DNA from: a candidate division WWE3 bacterium
Lineage (GTDB): Bacteria > Patescibacteriota > 4484-211 > GCA-002791395
Reading direction: 5' to 3'
Assembly: GCA_013335095.1 (NCBI GenBank)
Contig: JAAXWF010000002.1
Coordinates: forward strand, 261 to 64,260
DNA: 64,000 bases
Position 1 is the stretch's first letter. Every line of letters starts with the position of its first letter. The notes under the pieces are model-generated. The model did not search any database, was not told where the DNA came from, and saw only the letters and a program-made list of their open reading frames with translations. This document shows, piece after piece, positions 31,175-41,087 of this stretch. Both the position numbers and the translations under genes were made by a program.

Positions 31175-32392
31175 ATGGGCAAACAGAGACGCTGGAGATT
31201 AGTGTACTCACTAATCATCTTGACGGGAGTCGTGTTACTGGGAGGCCACCAATACGCACGGGCATCAACGAAATACTTTTCGATGCTGCCAATGGTCCGA
31301 ACCTACCAGGCAGCCCAGCACACCCCGCAGACGGTAGAATACTGTGCGGAGGGGCTAGGGCAGCTCTATAACCAGAGCATCGGTGTATGCGGTAACAACG
31401 AAGCAGCACTGGCTCTGGAGATGCGCGCGAGCCTGGAGGGTGGCGAGGTCAAGCCGGGTGAGTTTGCCGGCCCAATCTATGGGGTTCAGCTCCAAATCAG
31501 TAGTCGACATGCACAAAATATCGGCTACCCCAATGGAGCGACACTCTACGAACTGGGCGGAAGCAAACGATTCCCAGAGCGGGATCCCATAGCCAGTACG
31601 CCGGTAACATTTGATCTGCCATCAGGCAGATATGGTTTGGGGCAATTCGTTGAGCCACCGCCCACCACGCCGACGACAGCGACACCGACTTCGACCACGG
31701 CACCGCCAACACCAAGTCCAACGACGACGGCAACAGCCACGCCTACACCGACGTATTGTCAGTCGGTGGGTATGCTCGATATCCCCGGATGGAATCACCA
31801 CATCTGTGGGGATCAGCAGATGGTGGATCTCGCCCAAGGATTGCTTCCGGGCCAGGTACGTGCCGGAACATTCCAGATTTGGCTCAAGGAACTACCTGCG
31901 GATCATGGTTATCCATCATATGGGGCCATGTTCTACGGGAATAGCCCTGGGGTAGAGGAGATGTCGGTACCGATTCCACTTGGTCAGCAGGTTACAATCC
32001 AGCTGTCGAGTGACTCGGGTGGAGTGAATCCGATCTGGGGGCTCGGACCCGGACCACTGCCAGTTGACGCCTGCCCTGGGGATTTGGTCAACCAGCTCAC
32101 GCGGATGTCCACCGGAGTCTGTGGCGACACCGCAGCTGAGACAGCAAACACACGGGAGTCGGCCCAGTTAGGTCAACTGGTGATTGCTGAGGTCAACGAG
32201 ACGGTACGCCTATGGATTAATCCAGACTTCGCCGGTAAAAATCCTGGCCATGGGTTTGTTAGCGGTGCATGTTTGTATAAGGCGGCATCAACCGATGCCG
32301 TCTATATCCCCTCTGGGGGATCACCAGGGCTGTTTATACTCAGCCAGGGTACGTGGGGAATAAGCACAGACACGAGCTGCCATCAGAGCTAG
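31175..32392 (+). CDS. orphan secreted protein with three Cys-containing repeats and a Pro/Thr linker
   Basis: AGGAGG SD; signal peptide ending ARA; PPPTTPTTATPT linker; repeated C...(V/I)CG motifs. Confidence 0.78.
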   Translation: MGKQRRWRLVYSLIILTGVVLLGGHQYARASTKYFSMLPMVRTYQAAQHTPQTVEYCAEGLGQLYNQSIGVCGNNEAALALEMRASLEGGEVKPGEFAGPIYGVQLQISSRHAQNIGYPNGATLYELGGSKRFPERDPIASTPVTFDLPSGRYGLGQFVEPPPTTPTTATPTSTTAPPTPSPTTTATATPTPTYCQSVGMLDIPGWNHHICGDQQMVDLAQGLLPGQVRAGTFQIWLKELPADHGYPSYGAMFYGNSPGVEEMSVPIPLGQQVTIQLSSDSGGVNPIWGLGPGPLPVDACPGDLVNQLTRMSTGVCGDTAAETANTRESAQLGQLVIAEVNETVRLWINPDFAGKNPGHGFVSGACLYKAASTDAVYIPSGGSPGLFILSQGTWGISTDTSCHQS

Positions 32393-32417
32393 GCTAGCCG
32401 TGCACTTTGTATAACCG

Positions 32418-32448
32418 AAGCCCGGATCTTATGATTCGGGCTTTTTTT
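32418..32448 (+). terminator. intrinsic terminator
   Basis: AAGCCCGGATC-ttat-GATTCGGGCTT followed by T-run. Confidence 0.8.
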
Positions 32449-34330
32449 ATTTAACGCGGAAGATCGCCATAGATTGATTTTCAAATAGCAGTTCAAAATC
32501 TGAAGATGATTTCAACGTGTTAATATAAACTAAATCACCTTGGGTTAAATCACGTGGTCTCCAGATATTAAAGTAATTCGCTTTACGTTGATCCATAGTT
32601 GCCTGCTGCCATTCAAAAAAACGTCCACTTACGACAAAGAGACGAGTTGTATCTGATTGTGGATTATTTATATCTTCAACTTTTTTAACCGCCTGAGCAA
32701 TTAATTTACTATCTGGGTTGGGAAAGGTGAAATCGACTAAATGACGGGTTTGATCATCGGCGTATGCTCCCCCTTGTGAATTAATTCCGGTATATGCCTC
32801 AAGGATATATTGAGTAGCTGGCTCACTAACCAAAAATACTTCACTCGGATCAGAAAACGTATTGGAGAGATACTTTGCCGCCTCGATCTCGCCTTCGGTT
32901 ACATGAGTATAAATTTTGTGATATCGAATATATTGCTTAAACTCAAACTGTTGATTGAATGTAAAAACTAACGACATAATGGCAATCCAGAATGAAAAAA
33001 GAATAATTTGAATCCGACGAGATCGAATAGCCATAACAAGCCACCCCAAACCAATCGACATTACAACATGGATATAAAATCGGGCAAAGGTATACAACTT
33101 TATATTGTAAGGGAACGGGAAGACGATACCAACTAACATCACCAAAGCAACTAAAACGGCGATTTTAGCCCATAGGTCTCTTTTTATAAGCCCAATAGCG
33201 CTGCCGAGTGGTACGAGGATATAAAGACTTAGTCCATACCAATTTTGGAAGATTCGGTTTTTCTCAGCAAGGGTTAAATCAAAGTACTTACTCTCGTCGC
33301 TATGAAAAGGATTAATACCAAGTCGAGCATTAAAAATAATTACGATCATTAAAAGCACAAGCGAAATTACGATCAACACTTGGATCCAACGCAAAACATT
33401 ATCTAAAGGAATTCCTTTTTGCTCACGATCAATAATGAACAGCAAAAATACCGCCAAGATAAACAAAGACACGGCGGCAACGGTCCCGACAAAAAAGTGA
33501 CTTAATATCAAAAAAACGCTCCAAACAATCAGTGGTATCCAGCCAATCCATTGTTTCCGTCGAACGCCCTCAATCAATGAAATAGTCATAATGACAGATA
33601 GGACGGCGATGACCGTTTGAGGTAAATGAAACAAAGAGGTATATGCTATATACGACTCAAATACAAATGCACCAAATAATACACCGATAACTGTAGGTCG
33701 CTGTCGATGAGTAAATGACCATACAATCCATCCAGATACGATAACCACAATAATATAATGTACAATCTCAAGCATCCAGTAATACCCAAATAAATCGACC
33801 GGTAAAAGTACGGTCGGAATATAGAGTAGCACATGATAAAACGGTAAGTACGTATTTACGAGAAAAGTGTCAGAGTATGATTTTAAATAAAGGGAAAACT
33901 CGCCCTGACGCATTTGCTGTATTAATGTTAAGTGTTCGTAAATATCCCAATTTAATGGAGAAGGATAAGGACTATTTCCCCTCCAAATAGTAAGCCCGAT
34001 ACCGATAATAATCACCGTAAAAATGGTAGGCATAAGCCAATGTTTTGTTAACCTTATTTTGGCCAACGTACGAATATCTTTATAAAAAGCACCAAGAGGT
34101 ACAAGGAGCGAGACGATCTCAAATCGTAGTAATATATGCTGAATGTTAACGCTCAGATCAAAAAGCTTTCCTACATAAGAAGTACCAGCAACCAACAGAG
34201 TTAACGTAAGTGTACCGGCAATCCAAATGGTTGGGATCTGAATTCGCCAACGACATACTTTACTAATCCAATATCCAATACTTATCGGTATCAAGTAAAA
34301 TAGAATGGCAGCACAAAGTGTAGTAATCAT
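32447..34330 (-). CDS. polytopic membrane protein, putative GT-C-fold glycosyltransferase
   Basis: More than 12 TMs, NWDIYEH in an early loop, soluble C-terminal domain; paralog of 37190-38755. Confidence 0.6.
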   Translation of the reverse strand: MITTLCAAILFYLIPISIGYWISKVCRWRIQIPTIWIAGTLTLTLLVAGTSYVGKLFDLSVNIQHILLRFEIVSLLVPLGAFYKDIRTLAKIRLTKHWLMPTIFTVIIIGIGLTIWRGNSPYPSPLNWDIYEHLTLIQQMRQGEFSLYLKSYSDTFLVNTYLPFYHVLLYIPTVLLPVDLFGYYWMLEIVHYIIVVIVSGWIVWSFTHRQRPTVIGVLFGAFVFESYIAYTSLFHLPQTVIAVLSVIMTISLIEGVRRKQWIGWIPLIVWSVFLILSHFFVGTVAAVSLFILAVFLLFIIDREQKGIPLDNVLRWIQVLIVISLVLLMIVIIFNARLGINPFHSDESKYFDLTLAEKNRIFQNWYGLSLYILVPLGSAIGLIKRDLWAKIAVLVALVMLVGIVFPFPYNIKLYTFARFYIHVVMSIGLGWLVMAIRSRRIQIILFSFWIAIMSLVFTFNQQFEFKQYIRYHKIYTHVTEGEIEAAKYLSNTFSDPSEVFLVSEPATQYILEAYTGINSQGGAYADDQTRHLVDFTFPNPDSKLIAQAVKKVEDINNPQSDTTRLFVVSGRFFEWQQATMDQRKANYFNIWRPRDLTQGDLVYINTLKSSSDFELLFENQSMAIFRVK

Positions 34331-34333
34331 TTT

Positions 34334-35179
34334 TTAGTAGATAGCTAATTGTTCAAGGGTCAATATTTTTATATGTTGGTTCACGTTTAACTCCTTTTGA
34401 ATAGGGTACTCAAATGTTTCAAGTGATCCGATTAAATTATACTGACGATCAATCGTAACGACATTAGTATTTATTACATCCATCAGTAGTGCACGTTTGC
34501 TACTCTCATTGTAAATTGCAATATAACGAATACCACTTAGAGTACGAAGGTTTTCAGCTATTTGAGGATCTGACTTTAACCCAAGTTTCTTTAATAAATC
34601 AACGTTGGTTAATTGTGTATATACAATTCCATTTGAATCAAACACAATGTCTTCGCTCGTAAATCCCAATGTATTAACATAACCTGAGGCCTTATCTGAC
34701 ATGTTCTGTATTGTTTTGGTAATAATAATCTCATTATTTGTTGATTGAGCATCATATTCAACATAGTTGCGTTGATCTGATGCATATCTCACGATCGGAG
34801 TACCTGCTATGGACCGAATTCGATACCAGATAGTGTCTAAACGCCATTGTGAAGCCCTTTTGATATATATATTCGTAATATCTTCATTAGCGAAGGCAAG
34901 CTTCTCTATTCGAGTACTATTAGTTTCGTCGGCAAGCACTAATGCGTCATCATAAGGGGATACTTTGTAATAAATTGAAGGATTCCGATCATGGTTAAGG
35001 CTTATAGAATACTCGTATGCTTGAACATTAAATCCATCAACGCTTAAGCGAGAAGGGACATTAAGGCGTTGACCACTAATAATTACAATTATGCCGATCG
35101 TTATAATTAAAGAAATAAGTAATATTTGCACCCAGAGCTTATATCTCATAGTCTTTACTATTTTACTATACGTATACAA
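34334..35179 (-). CDS. single-TM exported hypothetical protein
   Basis: N-terminal TM then beta-rich domain; directly upstream of the GT-C-like gene. Confidence 0.65.
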   Translation of the reverse strand: MYTYSKIVKTMRYKLWVQILLISLIITIGIIVIISGQRLNVPSRLSVDGFNVQAYEYSISLNHDRNPSIYYKVSPYDDALVLADETNSTRIEKLAFANEDITNIYIKRASQWRLDTIWYRIRSIAGTPIVRYASDQRNYVEYDAQSTNNEIIITKTIQNMSDKASGYVNTLGFTSEDIVFDSNGIVYTQLTNVDLLKKLGLKSDPQIAENLRTLSGIRYIAIYNESSKRALLMDVINTNVVTIDRQYNLIGSLETFEYPIQKELNVNQHIKILTLEQLAIY

Positions 35180-35236
35180 ATCACGCTAATAGATCCACGG
35201 ATTGACAGGACCCATAGTATTTGCTAGACTCATAGC

Positions 35237-36013
35237 ATGTTTCGACAAAAAACAATTACTGTTGTACTACCTTGTAAAAATGAAGAAAAAGGCATCGTAC
35301 CTACGATAAAAGCAATTCCTACATACGTTGATGAAATCATAGTCGTGGATAATGGATCAAACGACAACACCGCGCGCTTAGCCAAACGACATGGTGCTCG
35401 GGTAATTAAAGAATCACGAAAACAGCATGGTATTGGATATGGTTATGCTCATATGACCGGTATTAATTCAGCCAAAGGCGATTACATTGTCGGCATGGAT
35501 GGGGATGGAACTTATCCAGCCGAAGCGATAAAAGAAGTCATAAAATACATGGAAAAAAATAAACTGAACATGGTTTCATGTAATCGATTTCCACTCCAGC
35601 ACCGAGCGATATCATGGATTAGACAGATCGGTGTTCACATTTTGAACTGGGAAGTACGAATCCTATATGCCTACCCAATGAAAGATATATTAACCGGCAT
35701 GTGGGTTATAAAGCGCAGTGCACTCAATCATTTAGATTTAAAAGAAGGAGATTGGAATTTATCACCCGAAATTAAACTTGCTGCAATAACAAGCCCACAT
35801 ATTCGATTCGGGCAGTTCCACATCAACCATCATGTCAGGACTGGAGAAAGTAAACAGAATATTTGGAAAACTGGGTATGATCATTTTATGTATATTTTTT
35901 TACGAAGAGTGACAACAGATAACAAAGTAACGCACGTCCTTCGAAATGCATATCAGTCAACGATTTTAGGACTGCGAAGTATGGTCGTAGGATTTTCTCA
36001 ACGGATCCGATAA
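35237..36013 (+). CDS. GT2, polyprenol-phosphate glycosyltransferase (DPM1-like)
   Basis: VVLPCKNEE, VDNGSNDNT, GYGYA, MDGDGTY and DILTGM; TG-c-TAGACT-6 nt-ATG. Confidence 0.85.
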   Translation: MFRQKTITVVLPCKNEEKGIVPTIKAIPTYVDEIIVVDNGSNDNTARLAKRHGARVIKESRKQHGIGYGYAHMTGINSAKGDYIVGMDGDGTYPAEAIKEVIKYMEKNKLNMVSCNRFPLQHRAISWIRQIGVHILNWEVRILYAYPMKDILTGMWVIKRSALNHLDLKEGDWNLSPEIKLAAITSPHIRFGQFHINHHVRTGESKQNIWKTGYDHFMYIFLRRVTTDNKVTHVLRNAYQSTILGLRSMVVGFSQRIR

Positions 36014-36019
36014 CTTACT

Positions 36020-37207
36020 ATGAACCAACATCCCTTCCGAATACTCGCATTACTCACTTTTTTTTATCCCCATCGAGGTGGCAGTCAAAAATATGCCGAA
36101 GACTTGTACGTCGGACTGTTGGAGCATAATCCATCAACCGAAATAGATGTTCTTTGTTACAACACATGTAAACAACCACATGAGGAATATTATCGGGGTC
36201 TGCATATCTATCGAGTGGCATGTTTTACCATCATCCCAGATCGATTTGTTCTACCAAATCCGATCACGCTTATGAGAACATTATGGAAGCTTCGGACGAG
36301 GAAGTACAACATTGTTAACCCTCACGTTCAATTCTTTGATGTGAGCTGGTGGGGATGGATATATGCAAAACTGATCAACGCAAAATCGATTTGTACCGTG
36401 CATACTGACCATGCCAAACATCAATCAAAATTCATTCAATTAGTGGCCCGTTTCATCGATGAAACCATTGTTAGAGCTTCATTAAAACGATACGATCACA
36501 TAACGGTAGAAAATGAACATACTCAACGTTTTATTATCAATAAGTACCATGTAGTAAATACAACAGTTGTGCGTGGAACAATTGATACACGACAATTTAG
36601 CCATGAAAATAGAACAACACTCGTAAAAATACCAGGTACCGATATATTAGTCGGACCCAATACTCAGATAGTTAGTTATATTGGACGATTACTATGGACT
36701 AAAGGCGTTTTATATGCATATGAAGCATTTAGGGAATTGGCATATTCACGTGGAGATGTACTATTTGTTATAGCTGGTCCTGGAGAATTATATGAACAAC
36801 TAGCGTCAAAAATTATGAGGGATGGACTATCACAAAAAGTTCTCCTGACTGGAAATTTAAATTATGCCGAAGTGCAACAGTTACTTCGTATTACCGATAT
36901 TTTTACCTTACCCACCCATCATAATGAAGGGATACCAATCATCCTACTCGAAGCGGGGGCAAGTAAATGTACCGTCATAACAACAAGTGTCGGCGGAATT
37001 GCGGAGATTATTGATGATCAGTCGGGATACATTATAAAAACTCACGATCCTCGGATGTTAAAAGATACAATAGAATATGCTTTAAACCATCCTGAGGAAC
37101 GAAAAACACTCGCGAATAATTTACAACAGAAAATCAAAAATAAACACGATATAAGCATAGTTAGTGAAGAGTTTTCAAGAGTAGTAGAATCAATTGTCAG
37201 CAAATAA
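36020..37207 (+). CDS. glycosyltransferase family 4
   Basis: YPHRGGSQ, YIGRLLWTKG and EGIPIILLEAGA. Confidence 0.9.
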   Translation: MNQHPFRILALLTFFYPHRGGSQKYAEDLYVGLLEHNPSTEIDVLCYNTCKQPHEEYYRGLHIYRVACFTIIPDRFVLPNPITLMRTLWKLRTRKYNIVNPHVQFFDVSWWGWIYAKLINAKSICTVHTDHAKHQSKFIQLVARFIDETIVRASLKRYDHITVENEHTQRFIINKYHVVNTTVVRGTIDTRQFSHENRTTLVKIPGTDILVGPNTQIVSYIGRLLWTKGVLYAYEAFRELAYSRGDVLFVIAGPGELYEQLASKIMRDGLSQKVLLTGNLNYAEVQQLLRITDIFTLPTHHNEGIPIILLEAGASKCTVITTSVGGIAEIIDDQSGYIIKTHDPRMLKDTIEYALNHPEERKTLANNLQQKIKNKHDISIVSEEFSRVVESIVSK

Positions 37208-38755
37208 TTCGAGTACAATAATATTTGGATCACGAATCACCTCATGAAATGCCCCGTCAGTTAGCAGCATGTCTGCATACTTAATCCCCTCAATTGATAG
37301 TTCCCGAGGAGCCCAAATGGATACGGTGTTATCCGACCTGAGTTGGTTGGGCAACCGCTGCCAGGCCATAAATCGGCCATCGATTACAAACAAGATGCGG
37401 GTAGCTGGTGCTTGGATAAGATCCCGTATGGAACGGAGTTGCGTCTTAACATCATCAATTGATTTGCTTGGGAATAGATTATCAATAGAAGTTCGATTTG
37501 CATCACGAACAAAAACGCCACCAGGAGTATTAATACCCGATATGCCTTCAAAAACCTGCATAGTTGCCGGATCACTTATAAGTATAGTGCTCGAATCAGA
37601 GCCATATTTTTCTTTTAACCTCAATGCGGTCGAGATCTCATCTTCTGATGATGTTGCAGGTCCAAGATACGAAGCATAGGCCATTTTATACGTAATCTGA
37701 TTGATATAAAAGTTAATACACAAAAGGGCTAAAAGACTTCCACCGATAACTGTTCGCCATCTAATCTGCGAGAACTGATCGAGTAGGCAGAGTCCGCCAA
37801 TGCTCATGATCGTAAATATAAAGTAGCGCGTGAGGGTGTAAAGCTTAAGTACGTACGGAAATGGACTTAAAATAATGCATAGTTGAACGAGGGTAATGAT
37901 TGATATAACGTGCAAATTATTACTATCTTTCCGCCCGATAGCAAATAGACCGATAAAGAATAAAACCCACCACCCACCATACCATTGCAATAGAGTTTGA
38001 ACTTTATCGATAAGCGATACGGTAAAAAGACGACTCTCGATCGTATTAAACGGATCCCATCTAAAAAGTCCACTGTTTAATAACAAAATCATCACCAGGA
38101 AAAAAATATGCAGGAAAATCAGTTTTCTTTTGTCTTGAAATATTCTTTCGAGATACGATCGATACCGTAAACATAAAAGTAAAATAACGGCTAAGCTTAG
38201 TGCATAAAATCCAAGCACCGCATGAAACAACCATGCAACGCTAATTAAAATCACAGAAAAATAATATTTCCTTTTAATTATCAGCGTCAAACTAATCAAT
38301 CCAATAACCGAAGCCGCTGTTTGAGGCACAAAAGAAAAGCCCGATTGCGAAAGTAATGATTCAAAGCTCAATGCACCAATTAATCCAGATATTAACCACA
38401 CCCGTCTATCGTTAGTCCAGATTGATGAGAACACAAAAGCTAATGTAGCACACAGAATATAAAACAAGCCTTCAATCAACCACCAACTCGTTTGTAGGGT
38501 TAGAAATCGTTGCAAGAATGATGATAATAAACCAAAACATACCGCAAACAGTGGAGTATACATCGCATACTGAAACGTATCAGAAAGATGTGTCGGTAAA
38601 AGACTTAAGTTCCCAGATACAATAATCGACCATAACCCAGCGTGCTGATATAAATCCCATGTTAAGCTACCCAGAGGCCTCCCCAAACTAAAGATAATCC
38701 AGACAAGGATTCCGGTACATAATACAGTTACATAATATAGCCACGTTTTTTTCAT
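37190..38755 (-). CDS. polytopic membrane protein, putative GT-C-fold glycosyltransferase
   Basis: TWDLYQH, LSDTF, PQT, FPYVLKLY and ISDPAT...GINTPGG are shared with 32447-34330. Confidence 0.6.
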   Translation of the reverse strand: MKKTWLYYVTVLCTGILVWIIFSLGRPLGSLTWDLYQHAGLWSIIVSGNLSLLPTHLSDTFQYAMYTPLFAVCFGLLSSFLQRFLTLQTSWWLIEGLFYILCATLAFVFSSIWTNDRRVWLISGLIGALSFESLLSQSGFSFVPQTAASVIGLISLTLIIKRKYYFSVILISVAWLFHAVLGFYALSLAVILLLCLRYRSYLERIFQDKRKLIFLHIFFLVMILLLNSGLFRWDPFNTIESRLFTVSLIDKVQTLLQWYGGWWVLFFIGLFAIGRKDSNNLHVISIITLVQLCIILSPFPYVLKLYTLTRYFIFTIMSIGGLCLLDQFSQIRWRTVIGGSLLALLCINFYINQITYKMAYASYLGPATSSEDEISTALRLKEKYGSDSSTILISDPATMQVFEGISGINTPGGVFVRDANRTSIDNLFPSKSIDDVKTQLRSIRDLIQAPATRILFVIDGRFMAWQRLPNQLRSDNTVSIWAPRELSIEGIKYADMLLTDGAFHEVIRDPNIIVLELFADN

Positions 38756-39417
38756 ATCGGTATTGCTGGAATTCGCTTAAAAGATTGTTGGATATGGTAC
38801 ATAGGTATCTGCATAGAGTCTGATAACGAAATAATCACCTCATGCTGCGCCCAGTTGATATGAGCTTGAGTCCGGTCAGGCAAAGAGAACTCAATACCCT
38901 CAGATAATTGATCATTTATTAACTTAAATGTTGTACCAGCACTGAATGAACTCTCAAGATGAAAGGATCCAACACTGATATCGTCTCCATTCACATATAC
39001 ATGATCTTCGGGAGAGAATTCAATTACATATTTATAATCGGATGATCCAATGTTCCTTGGTGATATAGTTTGATCCCACATAAGGATATTATCCTTCGTA
39101 TTTATCGTGCTGGACCCAATATTTGTTTGATTTAATGTGAGTGGAAAAGATAGTGTATTCGTAAATATAACACTCAATAAGGAGCTGAAATTTATAGTCT
39201 GTATGGCGGATTGTTGTGCATTTTCATAGTAAGAATGGAGACTATACGTGTGAGCTCTTAATAAATCATCTTGAAGTACGAATGATGAATTCATTGGCGT
39301 TATCGTAAAACTACCCCATCGCAGCATTTGTATTTTTCCTAATGATAAATAAATACTGTAACAACTAATCATGATGATGGTAAGAACACCGATCCACGGA
39401 GTATATTTTTTATCCAT
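38752..39417 (-). CDS. single-TM exported hypothetical protein
   Basis: N-terminal TM; overlaps the start of the downstream GT-C-like gene by 4 nt. Confidence 0.6.
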   Translation of the reverse strand: MDKKYTPWIGVLTIIMISCYSIYLSLGKIQMLRWGSFTITPMNSSFVLQDDLLRAHTYSLHSYYENAQQSAIQTINFSSLLSVIFTNTLSFPLTLNQTNIGSSTINTKDNILMWDQTISPRNIGSSDYKYVIEFSPEDHVYVNGDDISVGSFHLESSFSAGTTFKLINDQLSEGIEFSLPDRTQAHINWAQHEVIISLSDSMQIPMYHIQQSFKRIPAIPI

Positions 39418-39507
39418 AATGATAGTGTTAATTGAACAGCGAATAGCCGAAAAACAAAAGACCTATAACTTGTTTTATTTGGTACAAATTGATAAAATTA
39501 ACAAGCT

Positions 39508-40224
39508 ATGAAAAACTCAAAAAATCATTATTCATTTCAATTGATGCATGTAGCGATTCTACTGCGAGGTATTGCAGTTGGATTATTATTTCTTGGCGGT
39601 ACAATGGCGTTCGTGGGCGCATATCCAATTCTTTTTTCCGAGATACATTATGAAATAAACCAACAAGCCGAAGCAAAAGTCATAGAAAATACAACAAATA
39701 TGGATCCCAATCGTTCGAATTTTGGCGAAATACTACGCATCGCCCCAATACTTAGACAAACACCGGTCAATACGACAAACGCAATCGTAATCGATCAAAT
39801 CGAAGTTAACGTACCTGTTGTATGGGATGTTTCGGTTGTAAATAAAAACGATTACAACAGTGCATTGAAAATTGGAGTTGCTCATGCTGCCGGAACAAGT
39901 TATCCTTCCCAAAACGATGGAAACACCTATCTATTTTCACATTCAACCCTAAACCCGCTTGAAATTGAAAAATATTCGGCTGCATTCACGTTACTGCACC
40001 GACTAGAGATCGGAGATAAGATCGTGGTTTTCCGAGACAACCATAGGTATGACTACGTAGTGGAACAGAAAGAGGTGGTCAAGGGCTTTAATACCGATCC
40101 ATTAACTCGTCAGCCAGATTATCCTCAATTAACGCTACAAACGTGCGACCCACCTGGAATTCCATTAAATCGTCTGATTATTACGTCACGAATGGTCGCC
40201 GATTACGAGGTCTCTGGAAAGTAA
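39508..40224 (+). CDS. sortase
   Basis: N-terminal TM, GVAHAAGT, GNTYLFSH (His), LTLQTC (Cys) and RLII (Arg). Confidence 0.88.
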   Translation: MKNSKNHYSFQLMHVAILLRGIAVGLLFLGGTMAFVGAYPILFSEIHYEINQQAEAKVIENTTNMDPNRSNFGEILRIAPILRQTPVNTTNAIVIDQIEVNVPVVWDVSVVNKNDYNSALKIGVAHAAGTSYPSQNDGNTYLFSHSTLNPLEIEKYSAAFTLLHRLEIGDKIVVFRDNHRYDYVVEQKEVVKGFNTDPLTRQPDYPQLTLQTCDPPGIPLNRLIITSRMVADYEVSGK

Positions 40225-40240
40225 ATAAAAGGGGTTATTA

Positions 40241-40978
40241 TTAACGCACTAAATCCGGCCGGTACTCTTTAGTAAGCTTCTCAGCTGATTCTTTGCGCCA
40301 CCGTTCGATTTCTCGATGATTTCCACTTAAAAGGACTTCAGGAACATGCATCCCTTCATATTCAGCCGGACGAGTATACACCGGATACTTTAACAAATTT
40401 TTATCCGAAAACTGAAATGATTCCTGTTGTTTTGATTCGGCCTTACCAAGTACGCCATCAATATGCCGACTCACACTGTCAACGATTACCATGGCTGGAA
40501 TTTCGCCACCAGTTAAGATGTAATCACCAATAGAGAGCCGTTCATCAGCGAGAAATTCAAAAACACGATGGTCAACGCCTTCGTAATGTCCGCAAATTAT
40601 AATAATGTGATTTAACGCGGCAAGTTTTTCGGTAATCCGGTAATTATATCGAACCCCTTGAGGAGTCATTAAGAGGACATGGGTTATTTCTTTTTTATCA
40701 TGATTATCCGAATAGATTCCTTTTAGTTCTTTTACGGCTTTAAAGATTGGCTCAGGCTTCATTACCATACCCACGCCACCACCATATGGCTCATCATCAG
40801 TGATACTATTTTTACCTTCAGCCCAATTTCGAATATTGTGAACATTAACTTCAATGAGTTCATCCTGCTGTGCACGCTTCAAGATAGACTCCTGAAAAAC
40901 ACCTTTAAACATTGTGGGGAATAATGTCAAAATGTCAAAAACAACATGATTTTTTGTTTCTTTTGAGGACATTTGCAT
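40241..40978 (-). CDS. trmD: tRNA (guanine-N1)-methyltransferase
   Basis: FDILTLFP, DDEPYGGGVGMVMKPEP, CGHYEGVD and SIGDYILTGGE. Confidence 0.97.
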   Translation of the reverse strand: MQMSSKETKNHVVFDILTLFPTMFKGVFQESILKRAQQDELIEVNVHNIRNWAEGKNSITDDEPYGGGVGMVMKPEPIFKAVKELKGIYSDNHDKKEITHVLLMTPQGVRYNYRITEKLAALNHIIIICGHYEGVDHRVFEFLADERLSIGDYILTGGEIPAMVIVDSVSRHIDGVLGKAESKQQESFQFSDKNLLKYPVYTRPAEYEGMHVPEVLLSGNHREIERWRKESAEKLTKEYRPDLVR

Positions 40979-41087
40979 ACAATATTATATCAGAATAATA
41001 GAGACACGGCTACTGATCAATAATAGTGGAGAGAGAGCCGCTGGATAGCTTCCGTGCGTCTAGATACAGCATGTATATAATGAAGAC

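Noticed and set aside
29162-31955. Many overlapping alternative-frame ORFs (also at 49712-56816 and 63548-63952)
   Set aside because: Expected by-product of high GC and few stop codons; they lack SDs and overlap better-supported genes.
32402-32417. Additional GCAC motifs (GCACTTTGTATAA at 32402; GCACCTCTATAA near 11029; GCACATTACAA near 25648)
   Set aside because: They are not followed by a long stem, SD and ORF on the same strand, so they were not counted as leaders; they also show that the motif can occur by chance, which tempers the leader finding.
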